A stretch of 64,000 nucleotides of DNA. It comes from Octopus bimaculoides (lineage: Eukaryota). Shown piece after piece: positions 51,408-64,000 of the stretch. The position numbers were made by a program, and so were the translations under genes. The notes under the pieces are model-generated. The model ran no database searches and was not told the origin of the DNA. It worked only from the letters and a program-made list of their open reading frames with translations. Position 1 is the stretch's first letter. Each line of letters opens with the position of its first letter. Where the stretch lies: assembly GCF_001194135.2 (NCBI RefSeq), contig NC_068996.1, positions 12,684,678 through 12,748,677 of the forward strand. The letters are read 5' to 3'.

Positions 51408-51414
51408 CACATCT

Positions 51415-51760
51415 TTTATCTTCTACTTGTTTCAGTCATTGGATTGTGGCCATGCTGGAGTCCAGCATTGAATGGTTCAGTCAAATTGACCTCAGGACTT
51501 ATTTTTTAAGCCTGGCACTTACTCTGTCAGTCAGTCCTTTTGTTGATTTGCTAAGTTATGGGGACACAAACAGTCCAAGGCTGGTTGTCATGTGGTGGTG
51601 TGACACAATTCTAACACAAAGACACACACTCACACATGGATATATATATATATATACATATATATATGTATAATGACATCTTTCATTTCCTAGCTGCCAA
51701 ATCCAAATAAAAAGACTGAACCTGGAACCATGTCGTTGGGAGGGAACCTTCTCATCACAT
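51415..51760 (-). mobile_element. SINE family A, diverged
   Basis: cttgtttcagtcattggattgtggccatgctggag tail region through a degenerate head. Confidence 0.78.
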
Positions 51761-52019
51761 AGTTGCACCTGTATAAATACATATTTTTTTTTTAAGAAGT
51801 AATATTCTTTGAACAAGAAGTAATGTAATTACTTTCATTTGCTTTGCTTGTTGACTCACCCTTGATGTGTGTGTGTGCGTATGAGTGCAAATGTGTATGT
51901 GTGTGCGGTGTGTACATATATATATATTTGATTTATACATATGTATATATGTATGTTTGTATATATATATATAAACACCTGTATACATATATATGTATAT
52001 ATATGTGTGTGTGTATATA

Positions 52020-52079
<60 letters not shown>

Positions 52080-52154
52080 CATTAAACATATATTTATATA
52101 TGTATATTCATACATGTATACACGTGTGTGTGTGTGTGTATATGCATATGTATA

Positions 52155-52199
<45 letters not shown>

Positions 52200-52489
52200 A
52201 ATAATTATGATAGAGACTATGGAGATTGCTGCATCTTCAAAATTTATTTCCTTTTATTTTATGGTATGTCATGCAGCATATTTTTATGATTACAACAACC
52301 CACACGTGTTTCCGCTGCACAGAGTATGAGCACCTGCATATGCAACTAGGAGTAACTTTCTGTGCAGCTTCGAGGGTCTTTCAACCAACTTGGCTCAAAG
52401 AGAATTGAATTAAGCCATAACCTGAAACATAACTGAGAGCTATCACAGTATCCGCCCAGATAATATATCCCTCTGAGCTGGCATTAATA

Positions 52490-52575
<86 letters not shown>

Positions 52576-52866
52576 GGTATGAGTCTGTGTGTATATATTT
52601 ATATATCATCATCATCATTATCGTTTAACATCCGCCTTCCATGNNNNNNNNNNNNNNNNNNNNNNNNNNNNNNNNNNNNNNNNNNNNNNNNNNNNNNNNN
52701 NNNNNNNNNNNNNNNNNNNNNNNNNNNNNNNNNNNNNNNNNNNNNNNNNNNNNNNNNNNNNNNNNNNNNNNNNNNNNNNNNNNNNNNNNNNNNNNNNNNN
52801 NNNNNNNNNNNNNNNNTATATATAGGTATGTGTGTGTATGTGTATATATATATGTAGGTATGTGTA

Positions 52867-52921
<55 letters not shown>

Positions 52922-53814
52922 ATACATATATACACATACACACATACATACACATTAATTATAATTAATTATGCTAATGACAGTATATGTGTTAGAAATT
53001 TTTTAATTTATTTAAACTTGCATGAGAAACTTGCAAAGTAGAAAGAAGCTAAACAAAATGTTTTTTATTTCATCATATATTTATTTTTATATATATTTAA
53101 TAGGGTTCTATGTCTTAAGATACTCACATTCCTTCTTTCTTTATCTCTTACTCTCACTCTTTCTCTCTCCTCTCTCCCTCTCTCTCTCTCTGTTTTATAT
53201 GTGCTTTGTAGTATCTCATATGATACTTAACAAGTTGAATCTCCTGATTTAAACTTGTTACTTTGTTTTACACTTTTATTTCACCAGATGTGGTGTATGT
53301 ATTTATCCATTATTCATTTTATCATAAAATTAAAAGTTTTACCGAGTAAATTCAATTTAACTTAGATGTCTTGATTTGAATGCCTCAGACTGCAGTAAAC
53401 TCCTGTGAAACCATCTCGTGTACACTTTATGTACTATAATATGCATATTACTGACGATTCACAATTTACAATGAAATCATATGACTGCCTGTGCTGACAA
53501 AATGTCATCAACCAATATGACCTGTGCTTGTCACGGTACCTAACATCTATACAAAATTATTTCTTGGGACTTTTATTGCAGTTTATGGTGTTCTAAGCAA
53601 CATATATATGTCTATATACTGTTCCAGTAATTGTGAGTAATAAAATTAAAAAAATTTGTTGGAAATGTTTGGAATAAAAATGAAAAAAGAGCATATCCAG
53701 AAAACAGCATTACTTCACAAAATGCTTCATGTTTAAAGTGAAAGTACTACCTTAGCTTACGGAAAGTGAACAGATGTTAGAGTAAAGGCATCTCCCAATA
53801 AGCTGAGTATGTTA

Positions 53815-54985
53815 GGTATAATAATAATTATAAAAAATTATGTTGTGCTGTGTAAAGAAAAAATATTATTGATTGCTAAAGATTCCCAAAAAGTGACTGC
53901 ATCAGTAGGAGAATTCAAAGAGAAAAGGAAAAACAATAGAGCAAGCAAATTGAAAGAAATTGAATTACATGGCCAATTCATGCAACAAACCAAAAATACT
54001 GGCTCTGGCTGACAAATGAGAACCCGAAGCAAGAAACAGAAATGCCATTTATAGCTGCTCTGGAATAAGCCATTAGAACAAATCTGATATAAAGGTAAAG
54101 ATCAACAAAACTCAGTCAGGCAGCAAAGTAGAATCTGCAGAAAAGGAGATGAAAGTATCAATCATCTCTTGAGTAAGAGCAGTATACTAGCACAATAAGA
54201 GTATAATTTGCTGGTATGACTGTGTAGGCAAAAGAGTATATTGGGCTGTTAGTTGAACGTGTGACTTCAAAATAACAGAAAAGTGGTTGTGTGGTACGAA
54301 GTTGGCTTCCCAACCACATGGTTCTGGGTTCAGTCCCACTGCATGCCACCTTGTTCAAGTGTCTTCTATTATAGTGTTGAGTCCACCAAAGCTTTGTGAG
54401 TAGATATGGTGGATGGAAACTGAAAGAAGCCCATTGTATTTATGTCAGTCTTTGTCCCCCCCGTCACCACTTGACAACCAGTGTTGGTGTGTTTACATCC
54501 CTGTAACTTAGTGGTTCAGTATAAGAAATTGATAGAATAAGTATCAGGCTTAAAAAATAAGTACTGGAGGTCAATTCAGTTGACTAAAAATTCAAGGCAG
54601 TGCCCCAGCATGGCCACAATCTAATGACTGAAACAGGTAAAAGATAAAAGATAATGTTATTGAAACAAGAAGACCAGATGTGATTTTAAGGGACAAAAAT
54701 AAACAAACAGTGTTTGATCATATTTTTGCAATTCCCTAAAATACCAGAGCTGATACCAAAGAAATTGAAAAAAATTGAGAAGCATCAGGACTTAGTCAGA
54801 GGGCAGAGGAGACTGTGGAAGTAGTAAATGCTACCCTATAGTTATTTGTACACTTGGCACAACACCAAAAATACTATTTAAAAGACTGAAAGAAATTAGA
54901 ATTCAAACTTGTATTGCTGACCAGCAGAAAGGTACCGTCCTATCTTCTGTAAGAACCTTAAGAAAGATTCTTGAGGTTTGAGAAG
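53815..54985 (+). mobile_element. Old R4/Dong-clade fragment split by a SINE A (54280-54652)
   Basis: ELHGQF...; after the SINE, IETRRPDVIL...KEIEKIEKHQDL...LGTTPK...RTLRKILEV* (RLE domain and ORF end); begins after ataataattata. Confidence 0.8.
54280..54652 (+). mobile_element. SINE family A, full length
   Basis: Head gtggttgtgtggt, B box ggttcagtccc, tail (aaagat)n. Confidence 0.88.
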
Positions 54986-55379
54986 ACTTGTCACCAAACC
55001 TCAAGATAGCATTTCTGCTAACTGAATTAGCATGTAAAAATGAAAAGAAACAGTGTAATTGTCAGCTAACACCTGGTACCATTGGATATAAAAAGAGATA
55101 ATTTAATTATTTAATTTTTTATTCTTTTGCTAATTTATGTCATCGGGCTGTGGCCATGCTAGAGCACTACATTCTGGAGTTGATGACTTGGTCATGTTTC
55201 CATTTCTAGTTGTTTTAATTTCCTATGCATTTTACCAATGTCTATTTGTTGAAATGTTAATTTACACATCTTGACACAGCATTGGTCTTTTTAAATAAAC
55301 AATATAATATATATAAATACACACTCTTAAATCGATCCATCCATGATCATCCCTCTCTTATTTAGTTTATCTATCACTG

Positions 55380-55712
55380 AATGAGTTTATAATGGATTTG
55401 GTAATGGGAAACCAAATGTAGCCTATCGTATTTGTATTTTTATGTGTGTATGTATATGTATTCCTGCATGTAGGTATCCATGTGTGGGTGTCATTGTGTT
55501 TGTCCATACCAATGCTTGACAACGAATGTTGGTTTGTTTACATCCCCATAACATAGCAGTTCAGCAAAAAAAAAAAAAAAATTCTGATAGAATAAGTACC
55601 AGACTTTAATAACTAATTACTGCAGATGATTCGTATGATAAAAAAACCTTTCGAAGTGGTGCCCCAGTATGGCACAGTCCAATGACTGAAACAAGTAAAA
55701 GATGAAAGGTAA
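55380..55712 (+). mobile_element. SINE family A, 5'-truncated
   Basis: Family body and tail. Confidence 0.8.
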
Positions 55713-55999
55713 CATCGACAACAAGCCTAAAGAAATATTCATTTATTCTTAAAGATCTTTTTGGAAGTCTTAATATTAAAATGAAAAATTTTTTTAACAG
55801 GAATTAATTAGTTAGATTTACAAGTAATATTGGAAAAATTCTTGGAATTTGTTAAAAATCAATAAATTAATTAAGTAGATTACTATTATTTTAGATAATT
55901 TGTAATTTTAAAAAATAATTAGCAGAGCCATTGCCAACTTCTTTGGAAGATTGGCATTTGAAAATTTAAATATCTGCATTTGAAATCCATCCATCCACC

Positions 56000-56410
56000 C
56001 ATCCATCTACCCCAGCCACTATTTTTGGGAGAGTCATGGTGGTAGAGTGCTCAGGTGATTCCTCCTTAGAGTCCTATCAGAAGCAATTGACATTAGACTT
56101 TCTGGCTGCATTCCTAAGCATGACCAACTGAGACTATGGGTATTATCCGACCATTCCATTCTTGGTCTATTCCTAGGTCTCCTGTTTTCTCTCCTATGAC
56201 ATTCTAACCACAAGTCTGTAGTATTGGAACTGTGACTTTTCAATGTGGAGAAGTAGTGGCTCAATTTGGAGAAACTCTCCGAGGCCATGAATATTATCCA
56301 ACCATCTCATTCTTGGCCTCTCCTTTGGCCTTCTGCCAGTTGGGTCAACTTGAAGAATCTGTTTTACAATTCTTTCCTGCACCATTTTCATCACATCGGT
56401 AATACCAGAG
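56000..56410 (-). mobile_element. RTE (Rex3/Expander-like) 3' end with (ATGG)n tail
   Basis: ILQVDPTGRRPKERPRMRWLD, and a second RPRNRPRMEWSD...LGMQPE...LSTLPP*, resembling the Expander/Rex3 C-terminus RPRGRPRTRW.D...LGIPPE...LLPP. Confidence 0.75.
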
Positions 56411-56436
56411 CTATGACCTTTCAATGCAGAGAAGTA

Positions 56437-56467
<31 letters not shown>

Positions 56468-56716
56468 TGTACATACAAACATACATATTCATATATTACA
56501 TATATATCATCATCATCAACGCTTTTAAAATCCATTTTCCTTGATGGCATGGGTTGGACAGTTTGACAGGAGTTGACCAGCTGAAGGGCTGTTCTGGCTC
56601 CCTGTCTGTTTTTATAGCCCTTCCTAACACCATTCACTTTATAGAGTGTACTAGGTACTCTTTATGTGGCACCAACACCTATAAATATATTATACACACA
56701 TATATATATATATATT

Positions 56717-56758
<42 letters not shown>

Positions 56759-57186
56759 ATACACACATGTTTGTGTTTGTCTCTCACCACAGCTTGATAG
56801 CTAGTGTTAATTTGTTTACATCCTTGTAACTTAGCAGTTTAGCAAAAAGATATTGATAGAATAAGTACCAAGCTTAAGGAAAAAAAGTGCCAGTGTTGAT
56901 GTTTTGGATTAAACCTTTCCAGGTGATGTCCCACCATGGCTGCAGTCTAGCAGCTGAAACAAGTAGAAGTTAAAAAAAATAAGAGATCAGTTATGCATAC
57001 AATGAGAAGAGAGTGTGAGGTAAATAAAGAAATGAAGAGATGGAGATAAAGAAGAAATAAGAATGTGAAGATAAAAATAATTTTTTTGTGTCAAATCTAT
57101 TTTTTATTCAGTCTATCTTATTTTGTACTCTTACTTAATTCAGTATCTATTATTAATTATTAAAATTTTTTTAAATTTATTTCCAG

Positions 57187-57306
57187 GTGTTCGATTAGAT
57201 CGCGTTCGAGGTGGTCGACAGAAATACAAACGGAGTCCTGATTCTCAACCTGGTACCCAATACCCTATCCATCCTCAGACAGTTGTTAAAAAACCTAGCA
57301 TTGAAC
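57187..57306 (+). CDS. ERR: Estrogen-related receptor coding exon, T/A-box C-terminal extension and hinge
   Basis: Translates (G)VRLDRVRGGRQKYKRSPDSQPGTQYPIHPQTVVKKPSIE. VRLDRVRGGRQKYKR is the ERR signature following GMLxEG. Acceptor ttccAG at 57185-57186, donor GTGAGT at 57307. 120 nt, phase 1-1, in frame with the 35779-35895 exon. Confidence 0.95.
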
Positions 57307-58795
57307 GTGAGTATTTGCAATGTTTTTTTTAAAAATTTTTTTATGATTTTCAGATACAGGCTAAACATGTTGAAAATAATATATATGGTGATGCTGAAAA
57401 GTTCCTTGTTCTAAGGGTATCACAAAAGGCCTGGTTGGAGGTCTAACATTGTGAGTTCTTTTCCAGGGCTTAGAAAAGCTGAAGAACCTCTGCAAAAAAG
57501 GGTTTGAATCTGAGAGGGGAATATGTTAAATAAAATCAAAATTCACTGATCCTCCTGAATTTTCTTTTACCAAAAGCCAGGAACTTTTCAGCACCCCTCC
57601 GTATTCCTTTGTATTTCAGCACCCCTTTCTGGGTTGATAAATTAAGTACCAGTTGTGTACTGGGTTTGATCTAATTGACTGCCCCCCCCTCCCCAAAAAT
57701 TTCAGGCCTTGTGCTTAGAGTAGAAAAGAATATTCATGGCTATTGGTGAGGAAAGGCATGGAAACTGAATTAAAGATAGAGAGTTTGATTTTTTTTTACC
57801 AACCTCTTTTCTTCTAAAGATCAAATACTGAAGTGGTGCATTACTGCACCAGCACCTACAATTCTGTCATTCAGTTCAGCCTCATGCCACCCCTTATTCA
57901 TGAATATGGCTCCAAAATACTTAAACATCTCCGCTTGTCTTAATCATATGGTCCACTAACATGCTGAATGCACTGGGAAGAGTTTCTTGTGAGGACAAAC
58001 GTCTCAGTTTTCACAACGCAATTCATGTACCTGCTTTGCAGTATTTAACAGAAGACCTATGTAGTGCTGTGTGTGTNNNNNNNNNNTTAATGCAACATTT
58101 CTGTTTTATATATTTTTATCAATTTTTTTTCTTATACTATTTTGGATTGGTTTAAAAGAAGTTTCAATCAATATTTATTCTGCAATGGAAAACTGGTGTG
58201 TAGTGTGTACATTTATATCTGTTTTATAGAATTTATAGCATTTCATATATCATCATCATCATGATCATCATCATCATCATCATCATCATCTAATGTTGTC
58301 CTTCCATGCTGGCATGGGTTGGATGGTTTGACAGGAGCTGGCAAGTCAGAAGATTGCATCAAGCTCTACTATCTTCTTTGGTATGGTTTCAACAGCTGGA
58401 TGTTCTTCTTAAAACGATCTATTTTACATAGTGTACTGAGTACCTTTTATGTGGCACAAACAGCAGTGAAGTAACCAAAGTAACGTGCGAGACCAACCCC
58501 TCTCAACTGCAGAGGTTGTAGTTCTAAGGAAGGATGATTTGTGCCAGGTGTAGAGCAGTTGGAGTATGATAGAAGGACAGGAACAGGGGTCTTGCAGTTA
58601 ATGAGGCACATGGCTACCTAAGTTAGAGGGAGAAAGAGTGAGAAAGAGTGAGAAAGGATAAAGCTAGAAAAAAAGGATAAAGCTGGTTGAGAGAGAGAGA
58701 GGGAAGATGTAATGAGGGATACATTCATGTTACAGTAAGGTCTCTCTCTCTCTCTCCCTCCCTCTCCCCCTCTCTCTTTCTCTCTNNNNNNNNNN

Positions 58796-58883
<88 letters not shown>

Positions 58884-59975
58884 AAACTAGAGGACATCCA
58901 GCACACTCTTGATAGATTTGCAGTAGCAGCCAGATCTTTTGGCTTAACTATCAGCATAAAAAAGACTGAGCTATTGTACCAGCTACATCCTGGTAACAAT
59001 CTAGAAATCTTGCCCTGCATGTTTGTTAAAGGCAAAGCACTCAAAACCTTTGATGCTTTCATGTATTTAGGTTCTACAGTAACAAACAGTGCTAAACTCA
59101 ATAGGGAAGTCCAAACTCATATTAGTAAGGCCAGTACAATTTTTGGGAAGCTTTATGATTGACGTCAACCCTTTTGTTACTGTATTTATTTTGAGATGCT
59201 TTGTGTTTCTTTCAATTACTTTAAATATAACAAAGACTTTAGTAAAACAACTTAGTTATCATTCAGCTAGTGTTAGGAACATTAATTGTGACTAAGGTTT
59301 GGTGGAAGATTTTAATTCAAAACTTATGCAAACATGACGTTTATACTCAGAGTCAGAGCCGGTTTCAGCCGGGTTGTTAATGAAAGGGTTAAAATGCCCA
59401 TATCTCAGTAAGGACCAAATAGATGTGTATAAGTCAGTTGTCCTTACAACTCTTTTATATGAAACAGAAACCTGGGCACCTTATCATGAGCACATCAGTC
59501 AACTGAACAGGTTTTATATGAGATGTCTTTGGCAAATATGTAAACTTAAGTGTAGTTATAGACAAAGAATAGCACTATATAGGTAATGTGTGGAATATCT
59601 GGTATAGAAACATTTTTGGTCAAGTCTCAGATGTGATGTTTTGGATACATCTTCCACATGAACACTGGTCAGTTTGTAAACTCATGACACAGCGCAGGTC
59701 AGCCCCCTCTATGGTACAAATTCAGAGATAATTTGAAATGCCTGAATATTAGAAAAGAAAATTTTGAGCAACTGTGCAGACTAGAATGAAAGAGTGTTTT
59801 TTTCCCAATTTAAAAAATTTTGAAACTCAAAGGGTACTTCATCACGGGCAGTTACAATGAAAATAGGAAACTAAACCAACAGAACAACAGTCTTCCTGCA
59901 AACCAGCATTATTCACATTGTGATTTCTCAGCTAGATCACGTTCTGGATTAATAAGTCATGCTCATGCTCGTATC
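58884..59975 (+). mobile_element. RTE-clade (BovB-like) LINE RT C-terminal fragment
   Basis: DRFAVAARSFGLTISIKKTE, FMYLGST, ISKASTIFGKL, VYKSVVLTTLLYETETW, FYMRCL, and terminal CDFSARSRSGLISH. Confidence 0.88.
59169..59388. mobile_element. TTAA-type MITE inserted in the RTE fragment (related to 15818-16309)
   Basis: TCAA-CCCTTTTGTTAC ... GTTAATGAAAGGG-TTAA; interrupts the RT frame between GKLYD and the VYK segment. Confidence 0.78.
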
Positions 59976-60494
59976 CATGTTGCTTTTGGTGGGGCCTGAA
60001 AACTCACATGAGGAGCCACCAGGTGAAGAGTACAAATCATAGTCATTGGTGAATGGTAACAATAGTAGTGTGTGTGTTTTCGATTGTCTATTTGATTGGA
60101 TTTTCCTGTCTTTTCACTGAACATTCANNNNNNNNNNNNNNNNNNNNNNNNNNNNNNNNNNNNNNNNNNNNNNNNNNNNNNNNNNNNNNNNNNNNNNNNN
60201 NNNNNNNNNNNNNNNNNNNNNNNNNNNNNNNNNNNNNNNNNNNNNNNNNNNNNNNNNNNNNNNNNNNNNNNNNNNNNNNNNNNNNNNNNNNNNNNNNNNN
60301 NNNNNNNNNNNNNNNNNNNNNNNNNNNNNNNNNNNNTATGTATATAGATATATATGCTTAAGTGAACTTTAGGTTGGTTAAAACATGTTTGTGACACATT
60401 TTCTAAACGCAAAATCACTCCAGTTACTATGGAGAAAAAAAAATTCTCTCTTATGGTAAAAAGGTGTAAAAACATTTTATCTGTACAGTATTGA

Positions 60495-60549
<55 letters not shown>

Positions 60550-60828
60550 ATACATATATTTTAGTTTGACTTGTTTGTTTTCATCATTGCCTTGTATGTT
60601 CGTTAGCTATTCCCAGTGGCTTTTTTGCACTCTATGACTCCAAGAAGGAGTAGTCTCAATGATAACAGCATGAAATTATTATGATCTCTTGGACATTGAC
60701 TGATGAAGAATTAGATATAAATTTTCTGGTTTTGTCAAATTTTCTATTTGTTTTTGTTAAATTTTCTGGTTGTTATGATTTTTAAAACAAATCCTTGAAA
60801 TATATGTGTGAGTATGTATGCATGTGTA

Positions 60829-61036
60829 CTCTTTTACTTGTTTCAGTCATTTGACTGCGGCCATGCTGGAGCACCGCCTTTAGTTGAGCAAATCGACCGC
60901 AGGACTTATTCTTTGGAAGCCTAGTACTTATTCTATCGGTCTCTTTTGCCGAACTGCTAATATTACGGGGACGTAAACACACCAGCATTGGTTGTCAAGC
61001 GATGTTGGGGGAACAAACACAGACCCACAAATATAT

Positions 61037-61071
<35 letters not shown>

Positions 61072-61252
61072 TNNNNNNNNNNTATATATGACAGGCTTCT
61101 TTCAGTTTCCATCTACCAAATCCACTCACAAGGCTTTGGTTGATCTGAGGCTATAGTAGAAGACACTTGCCCAAGGTGTCACACAGTTGGAATGAACCCG
61201 GAACCATGTGGTAGGTAAGCAAGCTACTTACCACACAGCTTCTCCTGCGCCT
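60829..61252 (-). mobile_element. SINE family A, full length, near-consensus
   Basis: Reverse complement of 32766-33203 with few differences. Confidence 0.93.
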
Positions 61253-62448
61253 ATATATATATGTGTATATATGTTTTAAATATATGTTTTAAATACATTT
61301 TTAAAAAGCCAGTACAATGAAGGTTAAAAAATTAAAAGTACTTGTTGGTGGTTAGTACTGTTACCTGGTACTTTGATATTTCAGGGTTAGGAACCTTTCT
61401 TCAGGAAATTTACAGAGAAAAGGTGTTGATACTAATGGTTGATGTGTATTATTAATTTTTGTATAAGGTGCCTCATTTTGGCTTCACAAAAAATATTTAA
61501 AATATTTATATGAAATGAGGTTTCATGAAAACTATACTACTGCAATATGAGGATGACTCATCTTGTCAGATGATCTCTGTCACACATTCTGTGTGATTGT
61601 TCTGATTTACTTTCATCCTTACATTTGCACAGATATCCATCACTGTAAGATGTTATAAAATACAAAACAGAACAAGAAATGAAACGATAGTGAAACATCT
61701 GTGTGTCATGGGATTCAAATGACAAAAGCTTGTGCAACACTTTTGCCAGTCTCTCAATCACCATAGTAAGTTTGAGTGACAAGCATTGCATGATGACTGG
61801 TACTATTTTGATTGCAAGTTTTACGCTAGAGTATCTTTCTCCTAGAAGAGGTACCTTTCTTATGGCTTTGTCAAAAATAATAAGAGCCCCCTTGGGAAAG
61901 CTATTTAACCCACTGATGGCATCGTGACAAGTACTACCATTCTGGGTCACACACACACACACACCTTCACTTTTATCTTTTACTAGCTTCAGTTGTTGGA
62001 CTACAGCCATGCTGGGGCAATGCTTTGAAGGGTTTTAATCAAACAAACTGACCCCAGCTCTTCTTTGTGTCTTTAATCGTTTATTCATTTCAGTTTATAT
62101 ATATATATATGCTATCATTTATCATTATCATCATTTATAGCCTGTTTCCCATGCTAGCATGGGTTAGATGGTTTAATAGGAGCTGGTAAGGCTGGGGGCT
62201 GCACCAGTCTTACATCATTTGTTTTGGCATGGTTACTTCAGTTGGATTGACCTTCTAAATGCCAATCACTTTATGGAGTGTACTGGTACTTTTTATGTGA
62301 CATCGGCACTGACAGGGTCACCAAGTTACTTTCTAGACAAACTCCCCATTCAGCTTAAAGGAGGGAGCTGTAGTGACAGGGTAGGCTTTGTGCCAGTGAT
62401 GAGACATTAGAGGTATAGTCTATATACATATAACCTAAGTATATGTAC

Positions 62449-62507
<59 letters not shown>

Positions 62508-62769
62508 CTATTGTTTATATATATAAAAGCGGAATGTAAAAATACATTACAAAGGATATATTGTAAACTATAGAAAATTATTTACTAATATATCAATGGC
62601 TGGAACATGCAATCAAAATTTTTTTTTATAAAAGAAGTATAATGATTGTAAATAAATCACAATTATAACAGAGAGGGTTTGGAAAATGTGTGGAATCCTT
62701 GGTACAGATAGGTATATTTGAGAAAGGAAAAGAATAACTTTGCTGGTAGTTCTAATCGATTTAATTTTT

Positions 62770-63295
62770 TAATAAAATAATTTTACAGTTTGGTTTGTAG
62801 ATCTGTTTTTTTTAGATTTGGTGCTTGGCATCTGTGGTATATTATTGGTGAGTCTTTTATGAGTGCATTCATTTTGGGGGAATTGCTGGAGAATTTGGAG
62901 GTATTGTTTGGCGGCTTTCACAATATTGAAGTTCCTTGGGTTGTGAGTGATGACAGAAGGGATAAGTGTTTTTTCCTTTTTATTTTGTTGGTTTGTTTTT
63001 CTCAGTGTTGTTAGTGGAATGTTCTGGGTCTTGGAGATGGCCATACTGATGAGGTTCCCAAAATATTCTTGTCTTTTAAGGAACCATTTTAGTTCATATA
63101 CTTTTTTTTTCCTGTAGGGTGGGGTGTGTTACTATGGTGCAGATAGATCTTGCCATGTTAAAGGGAATGTTTCTTTTTGGTATGTGAGAGGTGTGCTGAT
63201 CAGAAATTTAAGTATTGGTGTGTCTGTTGGTTTGTGAAATAGGTATGTTTCAATGTTTTCCTCTTCTTTAATGAGATCTACAAATCAAACTGTAA
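62770..63295 (-). mobile_element. Penelope-like element fragment (RT thumb/linker)
   Basis: FHKPTDT, YLNF*SAHLSHTKRNIPFNMARSICTIV, and IPSVITHNPRNFNI, resembling PLE motifs YxKPTD, YLxxxSxHPxxxKxxIP and PFVxTHNP. Confidence 0.72.
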
Positions 63296-63481
63296 AATTA
63301 TATTATTAAAACAATAAATTGGTTAGAACTACCACTGAAGTCATTCTTTTCCTTTTTCAAGTATATATATATATTTAAAGACTGAAGATGCATTAGAGTA
63401 GAAATGATAATAATAATAATAATTATTAGTATTATTATTATTATCACTACTATTATTATCATTATCATTATTATTATTATT

Positions 63482-63705
63482 AAAGGCAGCAAGCTGGCAG
63501 AATTGTTAGCATGCTGGACAAATGCTTAGCGGCATTTTATCTGTTTTTATGTTCTGAGTTCAAATTCCACCGAGGTCAACTTTGTCTTTCATCCTTTCGG
63601 GGGGTCAATAAATTAAGTACCAGTTACACACTGGAGTCAATGTAATCGTTTAGTCCCCTCCTCCAAAATTTCAGACCTTGTGTCTAGAGTAGAAAGAATT
63701 ATTAT
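63482..63705 (+). mobile_element. SINE family B, full length
   Basis: aaggcagcaagctggcagaattgttag head, gagttcaaattcc B box, central ctttcatcctttcgggggg.tcaataaattaagtacc; (ATT)n on both sides. Confidence 0.9.
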
Positions 63706-63719
63706 TGTTGTTGTTGCTG

Positions 63720-63754
<35 letters not shown>

Positions 63755-63757
<3 letters not shown>

Positions 63758-64000
63758 TAGTTTTATTTTTATAACGTGCTTTCACTTCACTACCGAGCGC
63801 AGCTCTGTGCGCCTTGGGTATGTGCTGTGGTTTGCTGTGGTGCTCTTATGTTTACTGTATTGAAAGTGTTTTGCGTAGAATGTGTGCAGTACCCAGTAGT
63901 GCAATTTTCTGTATGTTATATATATTTGTAAGTCCTGGTGTTTTTGTTATGTATTTGTCTGAATATTTTTTTATTATACCTAAGGCACCTACTATGATAG
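63755..64000 (-). mobile_element. R4/Dong 3' end, ORF open to the window edge
   Basis: IIVGALGIIKKYSDKYITKTPGLTNIYNIQKIALLGTAHILRKTLSIQ* (stop at 63852-63854), then 3' UTR and (AAT)n tail. Confidence 0.9.

Larger units (their letters stand above)
35896..57186 (+). other. ERR: ERR intron (21,291 nt, GT-AG, phase 1)
   Basis: Joining the two exons restores the contiguous ERR peptide ...GMLREG|VRLDRVRGG...; no intervening ERR-like exon was seen. Confidence 0.88.

Noticed and set aside
25022-52958. Many ORFs rich in [16 protein letters not shown] or poly-I/N
   Set aside because: Translations of (AT)n, (AC)n, (AG)n and (AAT)n microsatellites; no coding signal.
61610-61660. Acceptor-like ...catttgcacAG as the next ERR exon
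   Set aside because: In the required phase it reads HIHHCKML* and does not resemble the ERR ligand-binding domain.
61558-62010. 150-aa minus-strand ORF
   Set aside because: Starts inside a SINE tail and crosses a GT repeat; I recognise no domain and it is antisense to ERR. A homology search could still revive it.
63046-63090. CTGATGAG plus short stem as a hammerhead ribozyme in the Penelope-like fragment
   Set aside because: The stem is followed by ATTT, not the required GAAA, and the motif is antisense to the element.

Overview
AT-rich, repeat-dense eukaryotic DNA with many assembly N-gaps. The SINE and microsatellite landscape suggests a coleoid cephalopod, probably Octopus (inference). 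The only host gene I can support is the estrogen-related receptor (ERR/NR3B) on the + strand, seen as two phase-1/phase-1 coding exons: zinc finger 2 (35779-35895) and the T/A-box plus hinge (57187-57306), separated by a 21.3 kb intron. I did not find the ZnF1 or ligand-binding-domain exons in the readable sequence. Everything else reads as intronic transposable-element debris: roughly 25 copies or fragments of one tRNA-type SINE, an (ATT)n-associated SINE, a (GAT)n-tailed retroposon, R4/Dong, RTE and Penelope-like fragments, several mariners, maT-like fragments, a decayed piggyBac with TTAA MITEs, a Helitron remnant with a canonical 3' end, and an 8-bp-TSD MITE. There are no rRNA, real tRNA, CRISPR or prokaryotic features. 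I cannot claim a new biological system. The best leads are: a fixed opposite-strand sharing of (AAT)n tracts by a SINE and Dong LINEs; inverted SINE pairs around symmetric ERR DNA-binding-domain exons (editing, skipping or circRNA); a telomere-repeat junction just downstream of the ZnF2 exon; and a possible bipartite RTE origin of the (GAT)n retroposon. All alignments and translations were done by eye, and repeat boundaries are approximate unless TIR or TSD coordinates are given.
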